From Escherichia phage FV3: DNA of 64,000 nucleotides. Below are positions 46,732 to 56,617 of the stretch, piece by piece. Every line of letters begins with the position of its first letter. Within the stretch, counting starts at the first letter, position 1. The stretch lies in the sequence record NC_019517.1. One strand, written 5' to 3'. The position numbers and the translations under genes were made by a program. The notes beneath the pieces are model-generated. The model saw only the letters and a list, made by a program, of their open reading frames with translations. It made no database searches and was not told the DNA's origin.

Positions 46732-47333
46732 TGGATATTATTGTTCTTAATGCTCCACCAAGTTCTGGAAAAGACCATATCGCAGATCTTTTGTTGGAAG
46801 CCATTCCAAACTCGCATCACCGCGAGGTAAAGGAAATGCTATTCAGTGTGGCAATTAAGGCAGCTGGTATTTCACCACAGTTGTGGAATGCACTCTATGA
46901 TCGCCGCTACAAAGAAGAACCGTGCCCGTTCTTAATGATAGACGGCAAGCATGTTTCTCCGCGAGAATGGATGATCCATTGTAGTGAAAATCTGATCAAA
47001 CCTATCTTTGGTGAAGATGCTTTCGGTAAGGCCGCAGTCGCATCCTTGAAGAAAGATTTCCCTGAAGGTAAAGGGGTTGTTGTTTACTCCGATGGTGGCT
47101 TCAAAGAGGAGCTGGCATGCCTTGGCGAGTACGCATCCATCACAGGTGGCGATCTTCTACTGTTCCGTATCCACCGTGAAGGATATGATTGGGGAAATGA
47201 TTCCAGAACTTACCTTAGCCTAGAGAAGAACGGGATAAAAGGTATTGAGTTTGATGTTGTTAACCCAGAGGGAGCTCCTTGGGAGTGCGCATCTGAGATT
47301 GTGTGCAAGTATATTGATGCTAAAGAGGGCTGA
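46731..47333 (+). CDS. Putative deoxynucleoside monophosphate kinase
   Basis: N-terminal P-loop (NAPPSSGKD) resembling T4 gp1-type dNMP kinases; located among nucleotide metabolism genes. Confidence 0.45.
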   Translation: MDIIVLNAPPSSGKDHIADLLLEAIPNSHHREVKEMLFSVAIKAAGISPQLWNALYDRRYKEEPCPFLMIDGKHVSPREWMIHCSENLIKPIFGEDAFGKAAVASLKKDFPEGKGVVVYSDGGFKEELACLGEYASITGGDLLLFRIHREGYDWGNDSRTYLSLEKNGIKGIEFDVVNPEGAPWECASEIVCKYIDAKEG

Positions 47334-47338
47334 GAACA

Positions 47339-47932
47339 ATGCTGATCGGAATTGATGTAGATTTAACACTGGTAGACTCAGGAACAGCATGGTGGGAGTG
47401 GCTAGAGCGTTTATATGGTCCAGCCAGCAAGACAGTCGCTAAACCTTCTAACGGACTGATGTATTACGATCTGTCAAAGTATTGGCCTGATCGCCCCAAA
47501 GAAAACATCATAGGGCCTTTTGATTTCTGGAGTGACCCGTTCCTCTACGACTTTCTTAAGCCTGAAGAGGGGGCTATTGAGGTTATGAAAGATTTGGTGG
47601 CTCGTGGTCACAAGCTTGCATTTATCTCTGTATGCAAGAAAGGTCACCTTGCATCTAAATCAAGGTTCTTAAAGCGTTGGACCAGCGATTTTATGGATCT
47701 TGACGATCACACCCAGGGTCACGGCTTCTACGCCACACATTTCAAAGGTAATGTGGCTGTAGATGTTATAATTGACGACAGGCATGAATACCTGAACCAA
47801 TTCGCTTCACGCCCTGAAGTTATTAAAATCTTAAAAGACACTCCTTATGAGCAATTCGAGGAGTTGAAGGTTAGTGTTGACTATACCGCTAACAGCTGGT
47901 ATAAAATAGGGAAGTTTTTAGAAGGTATTTGA
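47339..47932 (+). CDS. HAD-family 5'(3')-nucleotidase-like protein
   Basis: HAD motif I (IGIDVDLTL, DxDxT) at N-terminus and distal acidic motif (IIDDR). Confidence 0.45.
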   Translation: MLIGIDVDLTLVDSGTAWWEWLERLYGPASKTVAKPSNGLMYYDLSKYWPDRPKENIIGPFDFWSDPFLYDFLKPEEGAIEVMKDLVARGHKLAFISVCKKGHLASKSRFLKRWTSDFMDLDDHTQGHGFYATHFKGNVAVDVIIDDRHEYLNQFASRPEVIKILKDTPYEQFEELKVSVDYTANSWYKIGKFLEGI

Positions 47933-47933
47933 A

Positions 47934-48134
47934 ATGGGCAGATGTTCTAAAGGTGGCGATCCTGTAGTCAGATACGGTGACTGGCTAGAGGTGTATGATC
48001 TGGGTGGTAAGCTGGTGTACGCCTCTAGGATCACCCAAGATATGTGCTCCGATATGTTTAACAGATACCTTGCATTTAAGGCCAACATAAACCCAGACGA
48101 AATTTCCAAAATTAAAACAAGGAGAGCTAAATAA
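47934..48134 (+). CDS. Hypothetical protein (66 aa)
   Basis: Short ORF coupled to thyX (TAATG). Confidence 0.25.
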   Translation: MGRCSKGGDPVVRYGDWLEVYDLGGKLVYASRITQDMCSDMFNRYLAFKANINPDEISKIKTRRAK

Positions 48135-49117
48135 TGCTAAAACTGTGCACTGCAAAGATTATTGCCGACAGCATTTCCGAGAAAGGTAAGCGTATCACTA
48201 CTTTTGAGCTAGAATATCCTCGAATTATTCACTCAGAGCTTATGACACATCGAATGTTCAGCCGAAACGCTATGTCTTCTCGTGCAGTACCTGTCAGCAA
48301 GATGCTGCAGCAAATTGTGGAGAATCCGGCAATGCCAGTTCGCTTCGGTGTAAATAAGCGAGGAATGGAAGATGGAGGGGAACACGATCAAAAGATCCGT
48401 GTAGAATACACTGACATGGAGATGACCCCTGAAGAGTTTTGGAAAGAAGCTGCAAAAAACGCCGCTTGGCATGCAGAGAAGTTCGCCCTTGCTGGTTACC
48501 ATAAGCAAGTATGTAACCGCTTAGTAGAGCCGTTTCAGCGCATGAAAACAGTTGTAACAAGCACCGAGTGGAATAATTTTTTCCACCTGCGTTGCTGGCA
48601 CGATGCGGATCCTACGATTCAGATGTTGGCTAATTGCATGCAGGATGCTATTATGAATAGCACTCCTGAAATCCTTAAACCGGGTCAATGGCACACCCCA
48701 TATGTAGAGCATGTTTATTTGGACGGAGAGTTTAACTACGCTGTACGTGACACAGAAGGAAAGCTCTGCATTCTCGATACTAAAGAAGCTCTGTCTATTA
48801 GTGCTAGTTGCTGTGCACAAGTATCTTATCGAAATATTGACAGCACGTTTGAAAAGGCAGACAGTGTTGCTAAAAAATTGATTGGTGGGGATCGTATTCA
48901 TGCAAGCCCTTACGAGCATCAGGCAACACCTATGGATCACGATAACGCAATGGAACGTTTAAACTACTACCTGTCTTCATGTGAAATCACACAGGACAGC
49001 TGTGTTTGGCAGGAAGGTGTAACCCATCAAGACCGCGACGGTAAATTCTGGTCTGCCAACTTTTGTGGGTGGGTTCAGCACAGACAGCTGCTTAATAACC
49101 ACTTCATGAAAGGTTAA
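48134..49117 (+). CDS. thyX: Flavin-dependent thymidylate synthase (ThyX-like)
   Basis: ThyX-like signature (T)HR-X7-SSR (THRMFSRNAMSSRAV). Confidence 0.6.
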   Translation: MLKLCTAKIIADSISEKGKRITTFELEYPRIIHSELMTHRMFSRNAMSSRAVPVSKMLQQIVENPAMPVRFGVNKRGMEDGGEHDQKIRVEYTDMEMTPEEFWKEAAKNAAWHAEKFALAGYHKQVCNRLVEPFQRMKTVVTSTEWNNFFHLRCWHDADPTIQMLANCMQDAIMNSTPEILKPGQWHTPYVEHVYLDGEFNYAVRDTEGKLCILDTKEALSISASCCAQVSYRNIDSTFEKADSVAKKLIGGDRIHASPYEHQATPMDHDNAMERLNYYLSSCEITQDSCVWQEGVTHQDRDGKFWSANFCGWVQHRQLLNNHFMKG

Positions 49118-49118
49118 T

Positions 49119-49146
49119 CCTATCGCAGCGATAGGTAACTTTTGTG
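49119..49146 (+). terminator. Possible terminator / palindrome after thyX
   Basis: Perfect palindrome cctatcgc-a-gcgatagg followed by T-rich sequence. Confidence 0.35.
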
Positions 49147-49175
49147 TTGACTAATAGTATTAGATAATCTATAAT
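49147..49175 (+). promoter_or_regulatory. Near-consensus sigma70 promoter upstream of nrd operon
   Basis: TTGACT (49147-49152), 17-nt spacer, TATAAT (49170-49175). Confidence 0.65.
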
Positions 49176-49203
49176 AATGGCTCACTTTGTTGGTGAGCCA
49201 GAA

Positions 49204-49677
49204 ATGGAGACAGATATGAGTAATGTTATGATTCCTAAAAAGACATTTATTTCAGTTACTTTAGATTTCCTATCTACTGTTCCCGGGTTTAACGTTCGCA
49301 CACGAAACGGTCTCCGAGCTGCACTCTTTGCTGTAGGGTTTGATTTAAAAAATATTGATGTTCTTCGTGGAAAAAACGTTAGATGCAAAAATAAGCCAAC
49401 CCATTATCGAAAGGCAGATGTATTTGCTGGTGTCATGCGTGCAGACTTTAGATACCCGCAGATGTATAACGGTGTAGATATTTTAGATGTAGATAAAGCA
49501 CCCGGTGAGGCAATGCTTGTTCAAGATCTTCCGTATGATATCCCCGTAGAAGATCGTGTTAATGTGAGAAAGTATACAAAACAATCTGAAAAGGCTGAAG
49601 ATATTCATATTGTTGATGAACCTTTCAATTTTGAAGATCTGCATCGCCTGGAAAAATTATTCGGTATTGAAAGCTAA
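49204..49677 (+). CDS. Hypothetical protein (about 157 aa)
   Basis: ORF-track start 49177 abuts the -10 hexamer; ATG 49204 (METDMSNV...) after GGTGAG SD is more plausible. Confidence 0.3.
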   Translation: METDMSNVMIPKKTFISVTLDFLSTVPGFNVRTRNGLRAALFAVGFDLKNIDVLRGKNVRCKNKPTHYRKADVFAGVMRADFRYPQMYNGVDILDVDKAPGEAMLVQDLPYDIPVEDRVNVRKYTKQSEKAEDIHIVDEPFNFEDLHRLEKLFGIES

Positions 49678-49688
49678 GGTGGTGAAGA

Positions 49689-49918
49689 TGAGTCATAACT
49701 CCAAGTGGAAGGATCTTGGTTTTGCAAGTCGGGCAGAGTATGTTGGTTGGCTTTGGTTCAACGGTCTGACAAACGATATTAAAATGTATGATGATGTTTA
49801 TTATGATGAATATACAGGTAAAATTATAAATATCTCTGTAGAAGAGGATACTTTTATCCAACAAGACACTGATACCTGCCTTGATAAATACGTTGATGAA
49901 GTGGAGGAAGCAAATTGA
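49689..49918 (+). CDS. Hypothetical protein (about 76 aa)
   Basis: ATG 49689 (MSHNSKWK...) after AGGTGG SD; coupled to nrdA (ATTGATC overlap). Confidence 0.3.
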
Positions 49919-52230
49919 TCACCAAGGTAATTAAAAGCAACGGATGTGAAGTGGCATTCGATCCAGAACGTTTAAATAAGGCAGCTATTTTCGGTGACGA
50001 CGGTAACGGCAATTGGTCACATATTGCACTTGATGCATACAAACGGCTGTATGATGGGTGTACAACCAAAGAAGTTAACCAAGCTATCATAGACTCCTGT
50101 GTTAGCCGTAAAGACGAAGCTCATTCTCGTATGGCTGGTCGTGTTCTTATCGGTCAGATTTATAAAGAGGCTTTTGGAGGATTTACAAAGATCCCTTCCT
50201 TACCCTCATTTTACAATACCATGGTTGATAAAGGGTATTGGGAGGATATGGGTTATAGCTTTACCGAGTTAAACACTTTAGACGCTGTTATTGATCACAG
50301 TAAAGATCTCGGTTATGGCTATGCAGTCCTTAAACAGTTTCGCGACAAATATGGGATCAAGGATACTCTTAAAGACACCCTGTTTGAATCTCCCCAGATG
50401 ATGTTTATGGGGATAGCAATGGCTGTCATGAAGAATATGCCGAAAGAACGTCGTATCAACGATGTTGTAAAATTATACACTTATCTGTCGGACTTGAAGA
50501 TTAATGCCCCGACACCGTACTTAAACGGTCTACGCACAGGTAAGACAGGGTATGCATCTTGTTGCGTAATAAAAGCTGACGATACAGCAAAATCTATTGG
50601 TGTGGCACGTGAAGTTGCGTACACAATGACGGTTAACCAAGCAGGTATTGGCTACTATCTATCATCAAGATCTGCAGGTGATGGTGTTCGTGGTAACACT
50701 ATTAAACATATGGGCAAGCTTCCATATTATCGAGGCATTGATGCTGGGGTTAAGGAGAATAGACAACAATCACGCGGAGGTTCGGCAACGGTATCATTCC
50801 TTGCGCTAGATCCCCAGATTGATGAACTGATCCGTTTGAGAAACCCTATGACTGTTGCTTCAAAAAGAATCAACACTATGGACTACTCTATAGGTATTAA
50901 TAGATCATTTATCAACCGTGTGGCTAAGAATTTAGATTGGATGCTTGTTTCTTATAAGCACGCACCTCAACTGCACGAGGGTATCTTCACCATGTCTATG
51001 GATGAGTTTGATGCAGAGGTTGATCGTATCGCTAAAGATGACAGCATTCCTAAAACATGGATCCGTGCTAGAGACCTTGCTGTTGAACTGATCACGCAGC
51101 GTACCGAGGTAGGCAGGCTGTATGTGTACTGGACAGATGAGATGAATAGGCATACACCTTTTAAAGATGTAATCTATTCAAGTAATCTGTGTGCAGAGAT
51201 AGCCCTTCCGACAAAAGGCTATTCAGATATGCGTAATATCTTCAAGTACGATGCTGATGATGGTGAGGTTGCATTGTGCTTCCTATCATCCCTTGTAGCT
51301 GGAAGGGTTACCCCAGAGGAGTATGAGGATGTTGCATACTACACTGTGCTTATGATTGACAATGTTATGGAAATCATGACATATCCGTATGAAAATATGG
51401 AGAGCACTGTTAAAAAACGCAGATCCATCGGGGTTGGCCTTACCAATATTGCACATTTTATTGCCAGCCACAAGGTTGCTTACGGGTCTCCTGAAAGTAA
51501 ACAGCTTGTTCACGATCTTGCAGAGCTTCACAGCTACAGCTTGCATAAGGCAAGTTTACGATTGGCAAAAGAGCGTGGTGTCTGCGAGTGGATGCATAAA
51601 ACAAAATACCCAGAGGGTTGGTTACCAATCGACACTTATAACAAAGAGGTCGATAGTGTGGTGAAAGATCCTTCTCTTAAGCAGGATTGGGAAGGGTTAC
51701 GTAAAGAAATTATTGAAAACGGTGGACTACGTAATAGCGTTCTTGAAGCATATATGCCTAATGAAAGCTCCTCGTTGGCAACAAACACAACTAACGGGGT
51801 TTATCCTGTCCGTGAGCACATTATCTTTAAAAAGTCGCCACAAGGACAGGTGCTGTTTATCGTTCCTGAATATGATGAACTGAAAGAGTATTATACCTCG
51901 GCTTGGGACGTTGATACTAACGACATGATTGATATGTATGCTGTGATTCAAAAATTCACAGGACAGGCAATCAGTGCTGACCTATATATTGATTACACCA
52001 AGTTGAAAGATGGTAAAATTTCAATGAAGGAGCAGCTTGGGTATCTTATCCGTGCTACTAAATTCGGGATGAAGACATGGTATTACTTAAACTCTCGGGT
52101 TGGTGCTGGTGACTCTTTGACAGAGGAGCTTCACGCGAAGAAACAGGCTGAAGATGAAACCAGAAAGAACTATCCTTTGATTGCAGATAGTTCAGTTGAA
52201 GATCCGTATTGCGAAAGTTGTGCACTGTAA
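49915..52230 (+). CDS. nrdA: Ribonucleotide reductase class Ia large subunit
   Basis: 771-aa ORF with N-terminal ATP-cone (VIKSNGCEVAFDPERLNKA) and C-terminal redox Cys pair (PYCESCAL). Confidence 0.85.
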   Translation: MITKVIKSNGCEVAFDPERLNKAAIFGDDGNGNWSHIALDAYKRLYDGCTTKEVNQAIIDSCVSRKDEAHSRMAGRVLIGQIYKEAFGGFTKIPSLPSFYNTMVDKGYWEDMGYSFTELNTLDAVIDHSKDLGYGYAVLKQFRDKYGIKDTLKDTLFESPQMMFMGIAMAVMKNMPKERRINDVVKLYTYLSDLKINAPTPYLNGLRTGKTGYASCCVIKADDTAKSIGVAREVAYTMTVNQAGIGYYLSSRSAGDGVRGNTIKHMGKLPYYRGIDAGVKENRQQSRGGSATVSFLALDPQIDELIRLRNPMTVASKRINTMDYSIGINRSFINRVAKNLDWMLVSYKHAPQLHEGIFTMSMDEFDAEVDRIAKDDSIPKTWIRARDLAVELITQRTEVGRLYVYWTDEMNRHTPFKDVIYSSNLCAEIALPTKGYSDMRNIFKYDADDGEVALCFLSSLVAGRVTPEEYEDVAYYTVLMIDNVMEIMTYPYENMESTVKKRRSIGVGLTNIAHFIASHKVAYGSPESKQLVHDLAELHSYSLHKASLRLAKERGVCEWMHKTKYPEGWLPIDTYNKEVDSVVKDPSLKQDWEGLRKEIIENGGLRNSVLEAYMPNESSSLATNTTNGVYPVREHIIFKKSPQGQVLFIVPEYDELKEYYTSAWDVDTNDMIDMYAVIQKFTGQAISADLYIDYTKLKDGKISMKEQLGYLIRATKFGMKTWYYLNSRVGAGDSLTEELHAKKQAEDETRKNYPLIADSSVEDPYCESCAL

Positions 52231-52233
52231 TTT

Positions 52234-52257
52234 AAAAGGGGCTTCGGCCCCATTTTA
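52234..52257 (+). terminator. Intrinsic terminator / attenuator after nrdA
   Basis: ggggc-ttcg-gcccc tetraloop hairpin followed by ATTTTA. Confidence 0.5.
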
Positions 52258-52268
52258 GAGGTAGAATA

Positions 52269-53357
52269 ATGTCCGTATTTAATACTGAGAACACTGCTCA
52301 TAAAACTGGTGATTATCCGCTGTTTCTAGGACAGCAGATGGGGATGTACGACTCTATTAACAAAAAGTATCCACAGCTGTTTGAACTATACAAAAAACAA
52401 AAAGAACAAGATTGGGCAGAGGACGAAGTAGATTTGTCACAGTCTATTTCTGATTTCGTAACATGCTCAAAGTCAACTTACGATGTGATGGTGCAGACAC
52501 TGATGTGGCAATGGGAGGCAGACAGTGTTGCAGCAAGATCTATCATTTGTCTGTTTTCACCATTTATCACCAACAGTGAGCTTTTCACCTTGTTGATGAA
52601 GCAGTCTGAGATTGAGGTTCTTCATGCACTAACTTACTCAGAGATTGTTAGACAATGCCTTCCTAATGCTCGCGAGATTATAGAAGAGATTCAGGAAAAC
52701 CAGAACGTGCTGAGCAGATCTGGAATTATTGTCAAATATATGCAAGAGCTTGAGGTTATTGGTGCAAAATACCGACTGGATCCTTCCAGTGTTGAAGAAG
52801 ATGTTGTACGGAAATGTATCCTTAGAGCACTTTTTGCACTTTTAGCGCTAGAAAGTATTGAGTTTATTGCAAGTTTTGCATGTACGTTCGCAGTAGCTGA
52901 GCAAGGTATTTTTGTTCAAGTGGCACAACTTGTTCAAAAAATTATGCTTGATGAAATGCTGCATTCGAAAGGTGATTTTGCTATCATCGATATCCTGCTT
53001 GATGATCCTGCATGGGAGCAAAGCTTCCTTGAGATTAAGGGTGAGTTAAAAGAAATTCTTGACGAAGTGCGGACCAAGGAGTACGGTTGGAGTGACTATA
53101 TTTTCAGCGAAGGAAGAGCAATTATAGGTCTTAACTCACCATTACTTAAAGAATGGGTTGACTATAACTGCTCACCGATTTATGATTACTACAACATCGA
53201 CAAAGACTTTGTGCCGCCAACAAAAGACCCGCTACCGTTTATGCAGGTGTGGATGAAACCTTCACTGCAACAGACGGCTAACCAGGAAATGTCTAACACT
53301 GACTACCGCGTCAACACAACTGTTAACGACGCTGAAGAAGAAATTTGGGAGTTTTAA
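52269..53357 (+). CDS. nrdB: Ribonucleotide reductase class Ia small subunit
   Basis: 362-aa ORF following nrdA with ferritin-like helices and E..H iron-ligand spacing. Confidence 0.8.
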   Translation: MSVFNTENTAHKTGDYPLFLGQQMGMYDSINKKYPQLFELYKKQKEQDWAEDEVDLSQSISDFVTCSKSTYDVMVQTLMWQWEADSVAARSIICLFSPFITNSELFTLLMKQSEIEVLHALTYSEIVRQCLPNAREIIEEIQENQNVLSRSGIIVKYMQELEVIGAKYRLDPSSVEEDVVRKCILRALFALLALESIEFIASFACTFAVAEQGIFVQVAQLVQKIMLDEMLHSKGDFAIIDILLDDPAWEQSFLEIKGELKEILDEVRTKEYGWSDYIFSEGRAIIGLNSPLLKEWVDYNCSPIYDYYNIDKDFVPPTKDPLPFMQVWMKPSLQQTANQEMSNTDYRVNTTVNDAEEEIWEF

Positions 53358-53360
53358 TAT

Positions 53361-53639
53361 ATGAGCTGCGAAAAATCTTTTTTCATCATCATTTACGGTA
53401 AGGATAACTGCCCACATTGTGTAAGAGCAAAAGAATTTGCAGTCAGTAAAGGCATACCTTTCGTATACAAGACGCTAGGTGAAGGATACACAAAAGAAGA
53501 GCTTATCGAGAAGTGTAGCCCATTTGTTCCCAGAACGTTGCCTCAGATCTTCTTGGAAAGCAACCTTGACAGTATCCACATAGGTGGTGCTGACGATTTC
53601 ATCTCTTTTGTTAAGAATGGTTTTGGAGAGAAAAAGTGA
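53361..53639 (+). CDS. Glutaredoxin-like protein (NrdH/Grx-type)
   Basis: 92-aa ORF with CPHC active-site motif (GKDNCPHCVRAKEF). Confidence 0.6.
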   Translation: MSCEKSFFIIIYGKDNCPHCVRAKEFAVSKGIPFVYKTLGEGYTKEELIEKCSPFVPRTLPQIFLESNLDSIHIGGADDFISFVKNGFGEKK

Positions 53640-54487
53640 AAGTTGTAAAACGGGACGGTAGAGAAGAGTTTTATAACGGAATTAAGGTGATCAAGGCGGC
53701 AGAGTCCGCCTTACTTGAGTCTGGACATACTGAAGAAGAAGCTTACCGGATTGCCTGTGCGGTTAATGAAGTTGTTGCCAACAATCTGCCAACTGACCAG
53801 TGCACGATCTCTGTAAAAAATATCCATATCCTTGTTGAAGATGCTCTTATGGATATGGGTTTAAAATGTGCAGCCAGAGAATACATCCAGTATAGACAGA
53901 CAAGAGATAATAACAGAGAGGCAGGTGGAAAACTGCTTGCCGATATTAGTGGCTTCTTGGATCGTACTTGTGATGAATTTACAAAAGAAAACGCAAATAA
54001 GCCTACTAATCATGTACACACTCATCGTGACCTGCTTGCAGGAATCCTTAGCAAACATCTTGCATCAACACAGATCCTGCCAGACCGTGTCTCAGAAGAG
54101 CACAACAAAGGCTTCATCCATGTGCATGATCTTGACTACCTGATCAGTCCGTTAACAAACTGTTGTTTGGTGAATTATCCGGATATGCTGGAAAACGGAT
54201 TCAACATTGGCAACGCCCATGTCAGTAAGCCGAAGTCAATAGGGGTTGCAACAACAATCCTTAGCCAAATCTCTAGTGCAGTAGCTAGTGCTCAATATGG
54301 CGGTCAGACCATGAGTCATATTGATCATTATTTGGCACAGTATGCTGAAGCAACTTATGAGAAGAACCTTAAATTTTGTCAGGAACATTGGTTGCCAGAT
54401 GCTGAGACTGTTGCAATGCAAATGACAGATAAAGACGTGTTTGATAGTATGCAAACTTTGCTCTACCAAATCAATACGTTAACTTCT
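53636..54487 (+). CDS. nrdD: Anaerobic ribonucleotide reductase NrdD, exon 1
   Basis: GTG start overlapping the glutaredoxin stop; N-terminal ATP-cone (KVVKRDGREEF); frame closes at VNG* shortly after a conserved ...NTLTS segment, while the remainder of NrdD resumes at 55283. Exon boundary approximate. Confidence 0.65.
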
Positions 54488-55282
54488 GTCAACGGTTAAC
54501 AAACTGGCCGTTGTAAAACTCTCCTAACCTCATAAGAGGGGTCGGTAAATCCGGCTAACGGGGAACGCTAAGGCGAAAGCTATGCCAATCCCGTGACTAG
54601 TTCTTACAGGAGTTGGAACGGTTGTAACGACTAACGAAAGGCAGAGATGCTTGACAAACATTTCTGAACCGAGTAGTGTAGGGGTTAGTTGAAATACTAA
54701 CTTCGAAAGGGAGAGACTCTATGAAAAAGATCATTCTTAATGGTGAAGAATCGAACTACGTGATTGATGAGGTGGGAAACGTATACGGAAAACGTGGAAT
54801 GCTGCACCCCATATTGTGGGGAGGTTATGGAAAAGGTAACAAGCATGTTAAACGCCGCTATATGTATTCTTTCAACCACAAAGGTAAGAAGATTCGAATC
54901 CAAACTTCAAGGGTTGTTGCCTTGTATTGTTTGCCAGATGTCCCAGAAGACCCTGAAAACTGGGAAGTGAATCATAAAGATGGCAATACATTGAATGATC
55001 ATCCGTCTAACCTAGAGTGGGTTTTGCCGGAAGATAATAAGAGACATGCTTTCCGAACAGGGCTTTGTCCAGGCAAGTGCTACAGGAAAGTGCAGGCATA
55101 CCAAGGGAAAACCTTGGTGGGTGAATATCCTTCACTCTATGCCTGTGCAAAAGCCTTAAATTTGAACGTAGGGAACGTCCATAGGGCTATCGAAGGAAAT
55201 GCCGAAGGTAAGCATCTCACAATAAAGGGTTATTATCTTATTGAAGTAGAGTAAGAGATAGTCTGGCCCTGTGGAAACACAG
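54488..55282 (+). mobile_element. Putative group I intron in nrdD carrying an HNH homing endonuclease ORF
   Basis: About 795 nt between two halves of one NrdD reading frame (length divisible by 3, both halves same frame); 5' about 230 nt are structured and noncoding, then HNH ORF 54721..55254. Exon 1 ends in U; intron ends in G. Confidence 0.5.
54721..55254 (+). CDS. Intron-encoded HNH homing endonuclease
   Basis: 177-aa ORF with HNH motif (EVNHKDGNTLNDHPSNLEWVLPEDNKRH) inside the nrdD interruption; own SD (GGGAGAG). Confidence 0.65.
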   Translation: MKKIILNGEESNYVIDEVGNVYGKRGMLHPILWGGYGKGNKHVKRRYMYSFNHKGKKIRIQTSRVVALYCLPDVPEDPENWEVNHKDGNTLNDHPSNLEWVLPEDNKRHAFRTGLCPGKCYRKVQAYQGKTLVGEYPSLYACAKALNLNVGNVHRAIEGNAEGKHLTIKGYYLIEVE

Positions 55283-56554
55283 GGGTGGAGACAGCAGACT
55301 CCATTCATCACATTAAGTTTAGGGCTGGATACTTCGGTCTTTGGTAGAATGATTACCAAAAACTACTTGAAAGTTCACAAAATGGGTCTTGGTGAAGAAC
55401 GGATCACACCTGTGTTCCCTAAAGTGCTGTTCTTCTTAGAGGAGGGTGTCAACATGAACCCTGGGGATCCTAACTACAATTTGAAACGATTGGCCCTAGA
55501 ATGCTCTGCAGAGCGGATTTATCCTGACTTTGTTTCTGTTCCGCTAAATCGTAAAGTGACAGGTTCAACAGACGGCAAAGTAACAAGCATGGGATGTAGG
55601 TCGTTCCTTGGCAAATACGTTACCCCGGAGGGTGATGAAAAATACCTTGGCAGATTCAACTTGGGTGTTGTTAGCCTTAACCTACCAATGATTGCGGCAA
55701 AAGCTAAGACGGAAGGTATTGATTTCTTTGCAGTTCTTGACGAATACTTGGATCTTGCATACGAGGCTCACCTTGTAAGGGTTAACCGTCTAAAAGGAAC
55801 AAAGGCAGGGCAGAACCCTATCATGTGGTGTGAAGGAGCTCTTGCTCGCCTGGATCCTGAAGAGAGTATCGATAAACTCTTCTATGACGGGTACGCTTCC
55901 ATCAGTATTGGGTATATTGGTGTGTATGAAACCTGTCAGATTTTGGGCAGAGAGGGTGACAAGGCTTTAGCTCTTGGAATCCTTCAGCACATGAAAGATG
56001 CTTGTGATCGATATAAGAAGGAAAGTGGACTAGCATTTAGCTTGTACGGCACACCTTCTGAGAGTTTATGCTATAAAGCTGCAACCTGTCTGGATCGTGA
56101 ATACCCAGAAGTGTTGAAGCACGAGCATGAATACCTCACCAACAGTTTCCATCAGCCGGTATGGATCAATAGCTCGCCTTTTGATAAGTGGAAGTATGAG
56201 GAAGGTTTTGCTATGATCTCCTCTGGTGGCAACATTGGGGACATAGAGACACCGAATCTGAAAAACAACTTAGATGCTTTAGAAGCTCTTGTTGATTTCG
56301 GATATAAACATATTATGTATTTTGGTATTAACCAGCCTGTGGATAAATGTCTTAAGTGTGGATTCTCTGGCGAGTTCAGTGCAACAGCTAAAGGCTTTGT
56401 ATGCCCAGAGTGTGGAAACCATGAAGAAGGAACGATCAGTGTGATCAGACGCGTATCCGGGTATCTGTCCAGTCCAAACTCCCGCCCTTACAATAAGGGT
56501 AAGCAAGCTGAGGTTATAGAACGGGTTAAGCACTACGGAAGTTGTGGTTGCTGA
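55283..56554 (+). CDS. nrdD: Anaerobic ribonucleotide reductase NrdD, exon 2
   Basis: Conserved NrdD core (MGCRSFL, FNLGVVSLNLP), C-terminal zinc site (CLKCG...CPECG) and glycyl-radical motif (RVSGYLS). Confidence 0.7.
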   Translation, partial: GWRQQTPFITLSLGLDTSVFGRMITKNYLKVHKMGLGEERITPVFPKVLFFLEEGVNMNPGDPNYNLKRLALECSAERIYPDFVSVPLNRKVTGSTDGKVTSMGCRSFLGKYVTPEGDEKYLGRFNLGVVSLNLPMIAAKAKTEGIDFFAVLDEYLDLAYEAHLVRVNRLKGTKAGQNPIMWCEGALARLDPEESIDKLFYDGYASISIGYIGVYETCQILGREGDKALALGILQHMKDACDRYKKESGLAFSLYGTPSESLCYKAATCLDREYPEVLKHEHEYLTNSFHQPVWINSSPFDKWKYEEGFAMISSGGNIGDIETPNLKNNLDALEALVDFGYKHIMYFGINQPVDKCLKCGFSGEFSATAKGFVCPECGNHEEGTISVIRRVSGYLSSPNSRPYNKGKQAEVIERVKHYGSCGC

Positions 56555-56557
56555 TAC

Positions 56558-56587
56558 TTGACAAAAGCCACAAGGATGTGGCATATT
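56558..56587 (+). promoter_or_regulatory. Promoter with palindromic operator-like element upstream of nrdG unit
   Basis: TTGACA (56558-56563), spacer containing palindrome GCCACA-AGGA-TGTGGC (56566-56581), -10-like CATATT (56582-56587). Confidence 0.5.
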
Positions 56588-56617
56588 GTTGTCACACAGT
56601 AAACTAGGAGGTGCAGT

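Noticed and set aside
49610-49688. Upstream extension of ORF 49610..49918
   Set aside because: Overlaps the 3' end of the preceding ORF by 68 nt; an internal ATG at 49689 with SD gives a non-overlapping gene.
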